A stretch of 64,000 bases of DNA from Turneriella sp. (GTDB lineage: Bacteria > Spirochaetota > Leptospiria > Turneriellales > Turneriellaceae): assembly GCA_965279515.1 (NCBI GenBank), contig CBDIID010000003.1, positions 32,001-96,000 of the forward strand, written 5' to 3'. A program made the translations under genes and the position numbers. The stretch's first letter is position 1; each line of letters starts with the position of its first letter. The notes beneath the pieces were generated by a model that worked only from the letters and a program-made list of their open reading frames with translations, ran no database searches and was not told the origin of the DNA. Positions 28,920 to 38,379 of this stretch are shown piece after piece.

Positions 28920-29924
28920 GTGATCCACATTCTTGGTGCCGGTATTGCAGGCCTGACACTCGCCGCAGCTCTCGATCGCCGGGGCAAGCCTTGGCGCCTC
29001 TACGAGAAGGCATCGGAAACGGGGGCAGAGGCTTCGGGTAAAAACGCGGGGATTATCCGCACCTATGAGACAGATCCCGTGATGCGGCGATTTGCCGCAC
29101 TCAGCCTTGGGTATTACCGGCACGAGGAGCCCTCGTACGTAGAGCGGGGAATCCTCTTACGCCCCTGGGAGGTGGATTATGATCAGCCTGCGCCACAGAA
29201 GCGGCCGTTTTCGCACCGGCGCTTTGATGGCTTTTTTCTGCCCGAAAATGGTACGATAGAGCCGCGCGGGCTTTTACAGCGAATCGCCGCAACTCCTTTC
29301 GGGCACGGCACGCTGGAGTTTAATTTCGATGCCGTTGTGCGCTCAGACGGGCAGAGAATTGAAGGTTTGGCATCGCTGTCCGGCAGAGAGATCGTTTTCG
29401 CCGAGGGCGATGTGCTGGTGGCTGCCTGCGGAGAAGGTACGATTGCCCTCGCCAAAGACCTGGACCGCCCGCTTGCGCTCATTGCACACCGGCGGACGCT
29501 CTATGAGTTTCACAACACAACAAACTATGACGGGCCTGTCGAATGGAATGAAGAATGCGGGGTTTATTTTCGGCCGCTGGGAGATACCCTGCTTGCGACC
29601 GCCGGCGAACAGATTCCGTCGGCGCCGGATGCAGCCCTGGAAGAAGGCGGTGATGCAAAAATGCTCGCTATTCTCGAACGGGAATTTCCCTTCATGTCGT
29701 ACGATCGGCTGACGGGTACGCGCACGTGCAAGCGCCTGACCCCGCTCGACAACCGGCCCTATGCGGGCCGTGACGCGCATTTCGCCAACCTCTTCTGGTT
29801 TACGGGGCTCGGGGGCAGGGGAATCTCAACGGCTCCCGCGTTCGCTGAAGCTTTGGCGGATTGCCTCGGCGGAAAAGACACCGGTCAGCTGGCAGCTGTC
29901 TCACCTGCACGGGTGCACGCTTAA
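28920..29924 (+). CDS. FAD-dependent oxidoreductase (DAO/glycine oxidase family)
   Basis: ILGAGIAG, ASGKNAGI, TPLDNRP..G, GLGGRG.STAPA. Confidence 0.85.
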   Translation: MIHILGAGIAGLTLAAALDRRGKPWRLYEKASETGAEASGKNAGIIRTYETDPVMRRFAALSLGYYRHEEPSYVERGILLRPWEVDYDQPAPQKRPFSHRRFDGFFLPENGTIEPRGLLQRIAATPFGHGTLEFNFDAVVRSDGQRIEGLASLSGREIVFAEGDVLVAACGEGTIALAKDLDRPLALIAHRRTLYEFHNTTNYDGPVEWNEECGVYFRPLGDTLLATAGEQIPSAPDAALEEGGDAKMLAILEREFPFMSYDRLTGTRTCKRLTPLDNRPYAGRDAHFANLFWFTGLGGRGISTAPAFAEALADCLGGKDTGQLAAVSPARVHA

Positions 29925-32719
29925 AACGATATCCCGAATATCTTGTGGCGGACATCCCCGTCTTTTTCCGTGCGCGCGTAGATGAAGGTGAGTACAGAGA
30001 ACCGCTTATAATTTTCTTCGCTCTCGTAGTGCCATAGGCCACCCCAAAGACTGCCATAAGAATCAAAGCGCCGCTCGCGCTGCGTCGCGGGATCGATCTC
30101 AAAATTTTTCGTGTGGTAATAGGCCGCGCCCAAAAGTACGTGCTCGGTTTGATCATACGCCGCGGCATCGCTGTTGTGGTAATATAAAATCCCTAAAAGC
30201 ACCGCGCGGAACAGGCGGTTGCCGTTGTCATGGTTGGTAAAAGCCGAGAGTAAAAATGGCAGATATAGATTTGTATCGCTGCCACTGCGCGAATGCCACC
30301 AGAGCGGCAGAAAGTGGTTGCGGGCATAGCTGCCATCCCGCTGGTATTTATAACCGGTTAACAGGGCAAAGTGCCAGCTGAATGTATACTCTGTATCTGA
30401 ATAGTTAAAGAGCAGGGAGTACGCGAGCCGGAAATGAGTGCTCTTCTGTTCGCGTTCATACCAGAACGTATAGAGCAGCGCGTTCCACGAGAAGCCATCC
30501 GCCGTCGTATAGGTTCTGCGGCCGGCGATAAAGGCGAAATTATCCAGCGCATAACCCGGCGAGCGTTCGCCGTAATAGAGCGGGAATAACCAGAACACTG
30601 TTTCTTCTGCAGGCGCCTGGCCTGCCGCGAGGTTTTGCCGTGAATAATAGAAAGGCAGAACGAATAAATTCGCATAAGTGCCGTCTTTGTCTGCGCGCCT
30701 GTGGAAAAGCAGCGGGATACCCACCGTGCGGTAGTGAGATGAATACGTGTCGTAATAGAGCCACGAGAACACGGAGCCGCGGTTCTTTTCGCCGAAATAC
30801 AGGTATAGCGGCGAGAGGTGCATGGTGAATTCGTCTTCACTGCTCTGTGTTTCGTGGAAGCGCCAGAAAAGCCCTGCGGCGGTAAAAAGCGAGCTGCGCC
30901 GCCGGAATACCGGATCTGTGGCCGAGGCCTCGTATTCCTGCGTGCTGTAATATACGGGAATGATGTAGGTCGTCGCCCCTCGGCCGTCATGCGAGCGGCT
31001 GCGGTGGTAGAGCGCCCAAATACCGAAAGTGCTGTCATCGTCGTCGCGGCTCGTGTAGAACAGCCATGAGAGCGTGGTGAATGTATTGCCGTCGATGCGT
31101 GTATGGTGCAGCGGCGAGAAATGCAGCTGTTTTTCGCGTTCGCCCTCGAGCCACCATTTTTTCCAGAATAGCGGAAAGATCCGGTAGCCGCCTTTTTGCG
31201 GTGAGGTATAATGGTTCACGAGCGGCCAGAGTACGGTCTTTTCGGCCATTTGGGTTTCGCATTCGAATTCATCCCAGTAAACGATGACGAGAAACGCCGA
31301 GATCTCGCTCGTGCAATCCTTATGAAATTTTTGCTGCTTGCCGTAGAGCGGGATGAGCGCACCGACGACGAGATATTGCACAGCCTCATCCTTATAGCGG
31401 ACGTAAAAGGGCAGCAGCGTCTGCACGCCGGTATCGTTGTTGGCATCCCAGGTCAGCCAGCTTAATGGCAGCAGGCGAAAGTGGCGGTAGTGATCGGCGC
31501 GTTCATAAGCAAAGATGCCAAAGAGAGCGTATGTGCCGAAGAAGCTGTCTGAGTCGTCGCGGTTTCGGGCGCGCTTCGCCGTGACCTGTGGCGGAACAGG
31601 TGCGGTGATTTTATTTGCAGGCGGCGCCGCCTCAGCTCCGCTGTTGATGGTGCTGCGCGACGATATGCGGAAGAGATTGTAGAACCAGCCGATATCCGAA
31701 TCGAGGGAGATTTTTTCGCCACGGATCTGCACGCCGACGGGCAAGCTGCTGAGTCTTTCTTCAGAGAACGATAGCCCGGCGGCGTCGACGTGCAGGGAGT
31801 AATCCCCCTTTTGATAGCTGAGGTAGAGCGGAATCAGAAGTTTCAGGTGGCTTTTTTCGCCGCGAAAGTTCCAATAGAGCGGCGAGACGAGGGTTGTGTC
31901 ATTCGGGCTGCTCGAATAATAATAGAGCGGAAAGATGCCATGGTAGCTGCTCTGCTCTGTGCGATGGCTACCCCAGTAAATGAGCCAGAGCAGCGAGCGG
32001 TCGCTGGAATCTTGTCTGACGTTTGCGTAGTAGAGAGGTGAAATGAAGAACGATGCTGCGTCGCCGTAACGATCGTAATAATAGAGCGGCAACAGGTGCG
32101 ACAGTGTGCTCGCGGGCCGCGAGCGGTGGCGTATGAGATAGAAAAAGATGAAATCCCACTCTGAAGGTGATGAATCCCAGAGAATGAGCGGTATGATGGG
32201 GATGCCCACCGAGTAGGTCGCCCCGGCCGGTGAGGGAGAGTGCCGCGAATACCAGAAGAGCGGCGTCAGCAGAAAGGGGGAATCCCCCTTGTAGGTGGAA
32301 TAATAATACAGCGGCAAGAGGCCGCTGTACTTTTTCGCGGAATCTCCCCGTTCGCCCCAATAGTAGAGCCAGAACAGCGATTGGTCGCGGGCCGCAAGGT
32401 CTTGTTCGCGGTAATAGAGCGGCGTCAGCAGCAGGTAGCGGTTATCGACCTTGCTCTCGAGCTGGTAATAGAATGGAAAGATCCTGCTGCTTTTATAGCG
32501 GGGGTAGTCCTTGTTTCCCCAAAGAAAAAGCACGTGAAGGGCATGGTGGTTCTCCCATTCCTCTTTTTGGATGAAAAACAGCCTTATCGGCAGCTTCTCT
32601 TCGCGCTCGCGGCCATAGATTTCATGCTCGCCCGCGTCGAGGTCACCCCAGGACCGTGCAGCGAGGGGGCCGCCCCAAAGGGCACACAGGCATAAGGCGC
32701 GATAGAGGCGGAGCCGCAC
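29921..32719 (-). CDS. Large aromatic-rich repeat membrane protein, LA_1737-like
   Basis: Signal peptide, many xxPLYYY/PLFW-type repeats and C-terminal IFGISF. Confidence 0.7.
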   Translation of the reverse strand: MRLRLYRALCLCALWGGPLAARSWGDLDAGEHEIYGREREEKLPIRLFFIQKEEWENHHALHVLFLWGNKDYPRYKSSRIFPFYYQLESKVDNRYLLLTPLYYREQDLAARDQSLFWLYYWGERGDSAKKYSGLLPLYYYSTYKGDSPFLLTPLFWYSRHSPSPAGATYSVGIPIIPLILWDSSPSEWDFIFFYLIRHRSRPASTLSHLLPLYYYDRYGDAASFFISPLYYANVRQDSSDRSLLWLIYWGSHRTEQSSYHGIFPLYYYSSSPNDTTLVSPLYWNFRGEKSHLKLLIPLYLSYQKGDYSLHVDAAGLSFSEERLSSLPVGVQIRGEKISLDSDIGWFYNLFRISSRSTINSGAEAAPPANKITAPVPPQVTAKRARNRDDSDSFFGTYALFGIFAYERADHYRHFRLLPLSWLTWDANNDTGVQTLLPFYVRYKDEAVQYLVVGALIPLYGKQQKFHKDCTSEISAFLVIVYWDEFECETQMAEKTVLWPLVNHYTSPQKGGYRIFPLFWKKWWLEGEREKQLHFSPLHHTRIDGNTFTTLSWLFYTSRDDDDSTFGIWALYHRSRSHDGRGATTYIIPVYYSTQEYEASATDPVFRRRSSLFTAAGLFWRFHETQSSEDEFTMHLSPLYLYFGEKNRGSVFSWLYYDTYSSHYRTVGIPLLFHRRADKDGTYANLFVLPFYYSRQNLAAGQAPAEETVFWLFPLYYGERSPGYALDNFAFIAGRRTYTTADGFSWNALLYTFWYEREQKSTHFRLAYSLLFNYSDTEYTFSWHFALLTGYKYQRDGSYARNHFLPLWWHSRSGSDTNLYLPFLLSAFTNHDNGNRLFRAVLLGILYYHNSDAAAYDQTEHVLLGAAYYHTKNFEIDPATQRERRFDSYGSLWGGLWHYESEENYKRFSVLTFIYARTEKDGDVRHKIFGISF

Positions 32720-32838
32720 TTTTCAGTATCCAGGGTCGAAGTCCGCCGTCAAGCCGAGGCCCGGAGGGCTTTGCAAATAAAATCGCCGCTTTGCTTTACT
32801 TTTGAGCGGAAAATCCCGATATTGAACCGAGGAAACTT

Positions 32839-33837
32839 ATGCGCAAAACTATACTCCTGTTCGGTTTTATCTTCGCGGCGGGGGCTCTCGGAGCCGAAAA
32901 TGTCGCTGAAAAGGCCAAATATAAGCGGTCTGAGGCCCTGAACCAGATCGTCTATCTCGAAGTGCCGCTTCGGAATTTTAGCTCCGAAAGGCCTGAGCTG
33001 GCTAAGGAATATGAAGAGGTCAAGCGCAAGTACGCTGTTGCCTTAAGTTTCTTTTTTGAGGATAACTTTGTAGAATCTTACAAGATCTTCCTCGAAGTGC
33101 AGAACAGCATTGAAAAACTATACGAACAACTCTCACTCTTCTATATTGACCGCACCAACGTGGTACTGCAGCAATCGGTGAAAGAGGCCACGGAGATCGA
33201 AATCCGTTTTAACCGCAAGGGAACGTTCGCCACGCAGAAGATCGGCAAAAAGCGCGAGGCGGGTGTGCGCATCGCAGCGGATAAAAAAGAGACCAAGCTC
33301 GAGCAGCGTCTCTATGACCCGACCGACATCCATTATCTCTATGACAAAAAAGCCATGATCGACAACATCGATTACGGTTATGCACAGCTGGGGCAGGCCA
33401 AGGTCGCCCGCCAGAAAGCATTGGATCTCGAGAAATGGCTTGAAAAAGGCAAGGCGATGCCAGCGACCATGAAAAAAAGCCGCATTGAAACATACAAAGG
33501 CGTGATCGATCTCTGCCGTCAGGCGAAAATCAATGGCATCATGGTGATGCAGCTGAACCGTATCTATGATAACTATGAACTGCAGACAAAGTTCAAAGAC
33601 AACTATTTCATGAAAGAAAAACGCCTCGACCCGGTTTTTGACTTCGCTATCCCCGATGATTTCGTGAAAGATGCGAGTGATTCACGCAACGCTATCCACG
33701 ACCACAGCGATCGTATTATGGTGAAGGGTGAAGACCCGGCTAAAATCGCCAAGGAAGACCGCAAGCCGATTCCCAAGGCGCAGCGTTTCGGTACGTCAGC
33801 GGGCGGCCCGGCCGACACCAAACCGAAACCACAGTAA
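32839..33837 (+). CDS. Exported alpha-helical hypothetical protein
   Basis: GAGG SD, signal peptide ending ALG-A, 332-aa ORF. Confidence 0.75.
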   Translation: MRKTILLFGFIFAAGALGAENVAEKAKYKRSEALNQIVYLEVPLRNFSSERPELAKEYEEVKRKYAVALSFFFEDNFVESYKIFLEVQNSIEKLYEQLSLFYIDRTNVVLQQSVKEATEIEIRFNRKGTFATQKIGKKREAGVRIAADKKETKLEQRLYDPTDIHYLYDKKAMIDNIDYGYAQLGQAKVARQKALDLEKWLEKGKAMPATMKKSRIETYKGVIDLCRQAKINGIMVMQLNRIYDNYELQTKFKDNYFMKEKRLDPVFDFAIPDDFVKDASDSRNAIHDHSDRIMVKGEDPAKIAKEDRKPIPKAQRFGTSAGGPADTKPKPQ

Positions 33838-33889
33838 AACGTGTGAGCGCCGTTACCCCGCGGCGCTTTAAACAACCGGGGATTCGGTC

Positions 33890-34372
33890 ATGATTACTCT
33901 CAAAATGGGTTCGATTAAACCTTCGCGGCTCGTGGAAATTGCGTTTGCGCCGTTCGCCAACCAGTTTTCTGAAAAAGATATTTCCGTCGAGTTCCATATG
34001 CCTTACACGCTGCCGGTTTTGCCCTGTGACGTCGCCAAGATCGCCTGGACGCTGACGATTTTCTTCAGCAATGCCGTACGTTACACGCCGCAATGGGGTC
34101 GCCTCACCGTCAGGGCTGCTGCCAGCGAAACGCAGATGCAGATCTTTGTGGAAAATACCGGTTACGGTGTGCCGCTCGAACGGTTGCAGCGCATGTTCGA
34201 ACGCAGTGAAAATTATGATTCTCCTGAGTTCGGCCAGGGGTTGGCGCTCATTCTTGCGCGTGAAATCGTCGAGGCGCATGGCGGTCATATCGGCGTGAAT
34301 TCTGAACTCGGTGTCATGACGCGCTTTTATATTGAACTGCCGATAGAAAAAATTACCGAGGATAAAACATGA
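33890..34372 (+). CDS. Stand-alone histidine-kinase-like ATPase (HATPase_c) domain
   Basis: N box FSNAVRYT, G1 ENTGYGV, F box, G2 FGQGLAL, EIVEAHGG.I.V.S. In-frame TAA at 33869-33871, so there is no HisKA domain. Confidence 0.8.
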   Translation: MITLKMGSIKPSRLVEIAFAPFANQFSEKDISVEFHMPYTLPVLPCDVAKIAWTLTIFFSNAVRYTPQWGRLTVRAAASETQMQIFVENTGYGVPLERLQRMFERSENYDSPEFGQGLALILAREIVEAHGGHIGVNSELGVMTRFYIELPIEKITEDKT

Positions 34373-35502
34373 AGAGATTACAATTCACAGCCTACGCCGT
34401 CGTTTTCGCGGCGCTGATTGCCGGTTTGTCAAACCTCAATGCCGAAGTGTCGGATGAACTTGTGGCGACGCTCGTCGAAGACTGCCCGGAAAGCGTCGCC
34501 GAAACGTATACGAAGGCTCTCCCCCGTTATGCCAAGGCTTTGCCCGAGAAGAAGGCCGACCCGGCGCAGACGCTGAAGGCAGTCGTGCCGCGCGCCTGCC
34601 ATCTCGAACTGCAGGACTGGCAGCTGCAAACCGCGCTGCAGCTCGGGCATTACGGGCTCAACCAGGGCCTCAAGGCTTCGACGGTCTCTGACCTCACTGA
34701 GATCCAGAGCTGGCGCACCATGGCCAAAGAGGTGTACCTGAAGCTTGGCCGCACCTATGAGAGAATGCTCAGGGCTGGCGCCGGAACCGAAGAGATTGCC
34801 GAAGTTTTTTACGCCGCGCAGAATGGTTCATTCACACCAGACCAAACCGACGCGCTGACGCTGATCTATGCCGAGCACCGCGCGGCCGGCAAGAACCACG
34901 CTGAGGCGCTTGCGGCAGCAAAAGCGGAAGCGAAGGATATAAAAAAACTGCACGGTAAAAGCGTCGCGGCATTCGTCGCGGAAAAATCGCCTGTGCCCCG
35001 CCTGCATGCAGGCGCCGGTGATACAAAGCCCTTGTCGGGCGACGCGCTTTGGGATCAGCTGGAAAATGCCATCAAGGCCGAGAATAGCCAGGCACCGTCT
35101 TCGGCGGGCGGCAAAAAACCTACCTGGAATGTCGAGAAGCTCGTCAGCTTTTTCGGCGAGTGGAAGGGCACACCGTATAAATGGGGCGGGGTGACAAAAA
35201 AAGGCATCGATTGTTCGGGGTTTGTACTGAAGGCGATTGAATCCCAGTTTCCGCAGGGTAAATATCCGCGCAGCGCGAGCCAGCTAGCAGGCCAGGGAGT
35301 CGCCGTCGAACGCGCGAACCTCGTGCCCGGCGATCTGATATTTTTCGCGGCCTCCGAGGTGCCGGGCAGAATTACGCATGTCGCCATCTACGTGAACAAC
35401 AGCGAATTCGCCCATGCCTCGTCGAAGTACGGCGTGACGCTCGCGAAGATCACCGACAAGTATTATACGAAACGGTTTGTCACAGCGCGCCGCCTTTTTT
35501 AA
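34369..35502 (+). CDS. NlpC/P60 (C40) cell-wall peptidase, exported
   Basis: GTPYKWGG....GIDCSGF, PGDLIFF, HVAIY, FAHASS. Confidence 0.92.
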   Translation: MKRLQFTAYAVVFAALIAGLSNLNAEVSDELVATLVEDCPESVAETYTKALPRYAKALPEKKADPAQTLKAVVPRACHLELQDWQLQTALQLGHYGLNQGLKASTVSDLTEIQSWRTMAKEVYLKLGRTYERMLRAGAGTEEIAEVFYAAQNGSFTPDQTDALTLIYAEHRAAGKNHAEALAAAKAEAKDIKKLHGKSVAAFVAEKSPVPRLHAGAGDTKPLSGDALWDQLENAIKAENSQAPSSAGGKKPTWNVEKLVSFFGEWKGTPYKWGGVTKKGIDCSGFVLKAIESQFPQGKYPRSASQLAGQGVAVERANLVPGDLIFFAASEVPGRITHVAIYVNNSEFAHASSKYGVTLAKITDKYYTKRFVTARRLF

Positions 35503-36137
35503 TGGAAATTTCAGGCCAAAGGATTTCCCTGCCGCGGAATTTCCTCTTCCTGAACCGGCTGCCTGCGCGTTTTGAAATTCTTGTCATCGCCAAAGGCGCA
35601 ACGCTGCCGAAGGGCACGGCCTTTGAGCTCGAGATCCAGGGGCAGCGCCTCGTGCTGCAATCGAAGATCGAGCTGAAGGTCGGCGCGCGCTACGACCTCG
35701 AAAAAATTTCGGCTCTCGAATTCAAGATTCTCGCAGAAAAGGGGGATATCCCCCGGGAAAAAACGGCAGACGAGCTGCGTACAGATCCACCGCGCAAAAA
35801 TCCCGGTACCGATAGCCCCGCTGTTTTTATTCCTGATGCAAAAACAACGGCGCAGGACCTCATGGCTCTCAAGGTTCTCGCCGATTCCGGACGCCATGTG
35901 TCCGCGAACGGAGATAAATACCTTTTCAGTCTCGAATCAGAAATTGACCTGAGTGGCGTCTTTGTGCCGCAAACACCCGGCAGGTACCGCCTGTTTGTGA
36001 GCGGCCACGCCATTCAAAAAGCCGATCTCGAAAACCTCGCGGAGTCCCTGTCGGGCCTTGGCATCGACGGTGTGAGGCATGTGACGCCGGCGGTACTCGC
36101 ACGCATCTCTGCGGGCGCGGTCGATATACGCACTTAA
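35502..36137 (+). CDS. Hypothetical protein
   Basis: 211-aa ORF coupled (TAATG) to the NlpC/P60 gene. Confidence 0.6.
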   Translation: MEISGQRISLPRNFLFLNRLPARFEILVIAKGATLPKGTAFELEIQGQRLVLQSKIELKVGARYDLEKISALEFKILAEKGDIPREKTADELRTDPPRKNPGTDSPAVFIPDAKTTAQDLMALKVLADSGRHVSANGDKYLFSLESEIDLSGVFVPQTPGRYRLFVSGHAIQKADLENLAESLSGLGIDGVRHVTPAVLARISAGAVDIRT

Positions 36138-37648
36138 ACTAGAACCGCAACGGGCTTACCGTCGATATAACGAAAACAGGCGCGGGTTTTGTCGCGCGGC
36201 AAGTCGGCGACATCGCTGTGCGCGGTTCCGTCTGCATTGACAATGCGTGCGAGGCACAGCGAGCCATTGCCGCGGCGGAAACAGCCCAGCGCAAACGGGG
36301 CATCGCTGCCGGGGTTAAATTTTACCGTGACGGCGGCATAGAGCATCGCCGTTCCACCTTCATCCAGGCGCATACTTTGGGGAATATCGTGCTTTGCTGA
36401 AAATACCTGCGTACCAGCCTGCGGCAGTGGTTGGCGCGACAAAATCGCCACCGAATTCACACAATCGATACCGCCATTGCCGCCGAAGAAAAAATGTTTT
36501 GCATGGGGATTTCCCCGGGCGTGCGCGAAAATATCGATGAGGCCCGTCGCAGCCGAAAGTGAGATTGCGGCCTGCGTGTTTAAAATACCGCCCTGTTCAT
36601 TCACGGCAATCTTTTTGCCCGTAAGTTCAATGTGCCCGGTTTTCAGGCTCTCAGCAGCAGTTTTTGCCGGGATATTAAAATAGTCTGCGGCCTGCCGCAC
36701 GAGCATGAGCGTAAAACAATCGTAGATCCATGCATAGTCGATCTCTTCGGGTTTAATGCCCGCGCGGGAAAATGCCCGCTTCGCGGCGAGGGCAGCGGGG
36801 GAGACAAAGTCGGGCCGGCGACTCAGGTATTTCTGCCCATAGTTGGTGCCGACGCCGTTGATGAAGAGAGAATTTTCCGCTGCATGAAATCCTAATTCTT
36901 TTTCAAGCCGTTTCAGTAAGGTATCATTGGCAACCAGTATGGCGATGCCGTGGTCGGTGGCCACAGCGACCATCGCGGTAGCATAGACGCCGGCGAGATA
37001 ACGCTTGAGTTCACCGGGCTTCAGCGCCTTACCGTACACCGCGGCACGTTCATTGGCGACGGCGCGGTTTCGGTAATATTCGGTGATGGCCTCGACGTCT
37101 TCGATACCGATGCCATCTTCAAACATCATGCGGTCGGCGAGCAGGGCATAGAGCGAAATCAGGTTGGCCTGGGTATGGAGTTCAGTGTCTTTATCGAGCA
37201 GGGCGTCTGAAACCTCGCGGTAATATTTCACTCCCGCGTCGCCGCCACGCGGTACTTCGGCGCCGGCGATCAGCACCAGCCGCTCTTCGGCGACGCAGAG
37301 TTTGCGCGCGATTTCCAGCGCAGCGGGTGTACTGGCGCCGCCCAGGTCGACGCTATGCAGCTCGACGCCGGTCAGGCCGAGAAAAGAAGCCTTCTTCGCG
37401 ACATCCATGGTGTGGTGGTGTTCGTAGATCGAGGGACCAAAGCCGACATAGTCTGTGATGTAAGGTTTAAGCTTTTCAAAGGTGAGGCCGAGCGTGGCGG
37501 CCATGCGCTCGGCGGCAATTTTCGTAAAAGCGGCGAGCTTTTCATCGAGCGATATTTTTTTATAACTCAGCGACCGTGTTTCCAGCTCCGCTTCGACATC
37601 CTTCAGAATGGCGTCGGCGACAGCGAAGATTTGTGCCCCGCCCGCCAT
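36134..37648 (-). CDS. Thiolase-fold (SCP-x/aldolase-type) protein with C-terminal DUF35-like OB domain
   Basis: H..NERA, D.G.AILV, AAKRAFSRAGIKPEEIDYAWIYDCFT, VNEQGG.L. Tail LYAAVTV...P..APFALG...G...LAR is OB-like. Confidence 0.75.
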   Translation of the reverse strand: MAGGAQIFAVADAILKDVEAELETRSLSYKKISLDEKLAAFTKIAAERMAATLGLTFEKLKPYITDYVGFGPSIYEHHHTMDVAKKASFLGLTGVELHSVDLGGASTPAALEIARKLCVAEERLVLIAGAEVPRGGDAGVKYYREVSDALLDKDTELHTQANLISLYALLADRMMFEDGIGIEDVEAITEYYRNRAVANERAAVYGKALKPGELKRYLAGVYATAMVAVATDHGIAILVANDTLLKRLEKELGFHAAENSLFINGVGTNYGQKYLSRRPDFVSPAALAAKRAFSRAGIKPEEIDYAWIYDCFTLMLVRQAADYFNIPAKTAAESLKTGHIELTGKKIAVNEQGGILNTQAAISLSAATGLIDIFAHARGNPHAKHFFFGGNGGIDCVNSVAILSRQPLPQAGTQVFSAKHDIPQSMRLDEGGTAMLYAAVTVKFNPGSDAPFALGCFRRGNGSLCLARIVNADGTAHSDVADLPRDKTRACFRYIDGKPVAVLV

Positions 37649-38379
37649 CAGCGCTGGAACTCCGGCAAAGCTGCGGCAAGCTGGCGCGAGAGTTCGCCAT
37701 ACCAGACAGGGCAGTTGCTGCAGTGTTTGAATGCCGGTACCGTTCTGTTGGTGTCGTGCGGGAAAATATAGACCTGTGTGTTGGCCTTGCCCGCCTGGTA
37801 GGCGAGCAAAAAGAATTCTTCAATGTTGCGGTTGCCGATGACGACGCAGCCATAACTGATGGCGCCGCCATGCACGTTGATGCCTGTCGAGACATAGCCG
37901 ATATCGCGGCCCTCGAGTTCGAGCATGGCCTTATCGAAGGCATTGGGATAATCGACGTGCAGGGCAAGATGGTATTCGCGGCTGAGGCCCATCGAGTCGA
38001 TGCCATAGATGCCTTCGGGAATCTGCAGGTCACCGTAATAGATCTTCGGCCCCTGCTTACCGCTCATCGCCGTGAAGGCATAATCTTTGATATAATGCCA
38101 TTTACCCCTTTCATCGGGTAACCAAAGCTCGGCTTTGCGCTCTTCCTTAAAAACCGCAAGGCGAACAGCTTTGGGCGGATAGCTAACGCCGGCCGCTGCC
38201 ATCGGTTTTTTTAACCGTGAGAGAATCGATTTGGAGTTCTTTTTAAGGAAACTTGCGGGTGTGGGACCTTCCGCCGCAGCTGGCTGCGCCGGAAGAGTTT
38301 GTTTCACCGGCGCTGCCGGGTTGGCAAAAAGCGAACACGCTGAAAGCAGTAAAAGGTTAAGGGATGTCCGCGGTGGCAT
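37648..38379 (-). CDS. L,D-transpeptidase family protein (YafK/YkuD-like)
   Basis: FKEERKAELW, SGKQGPK..GDLQIPEGIY, YPNAFD, INVHGG..SYGC. Confidence 0.88.
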   Translation of the reverse strand: MPPRTSLNLLLLSACSLFANPAAPVKQTLPAQPAAAEGPTPASFLKKNSKSILSRLKKPMAAAGVSYPPKAVRLAVFKEERKAELWLPDERGKWHYIKDYAFTAMSGKQGPKIYYGDLQIPEGIYGIDSMGLSREYHLALHVDYPNAFDKAMLELEGRDIGYVSTGINVHGGAISYGCVVIGNRNIEEFFLLAYQAGKANTQVYIFPHDTNRTVPAFKHCSNCPVWYGELSRQLAAALPEFQR

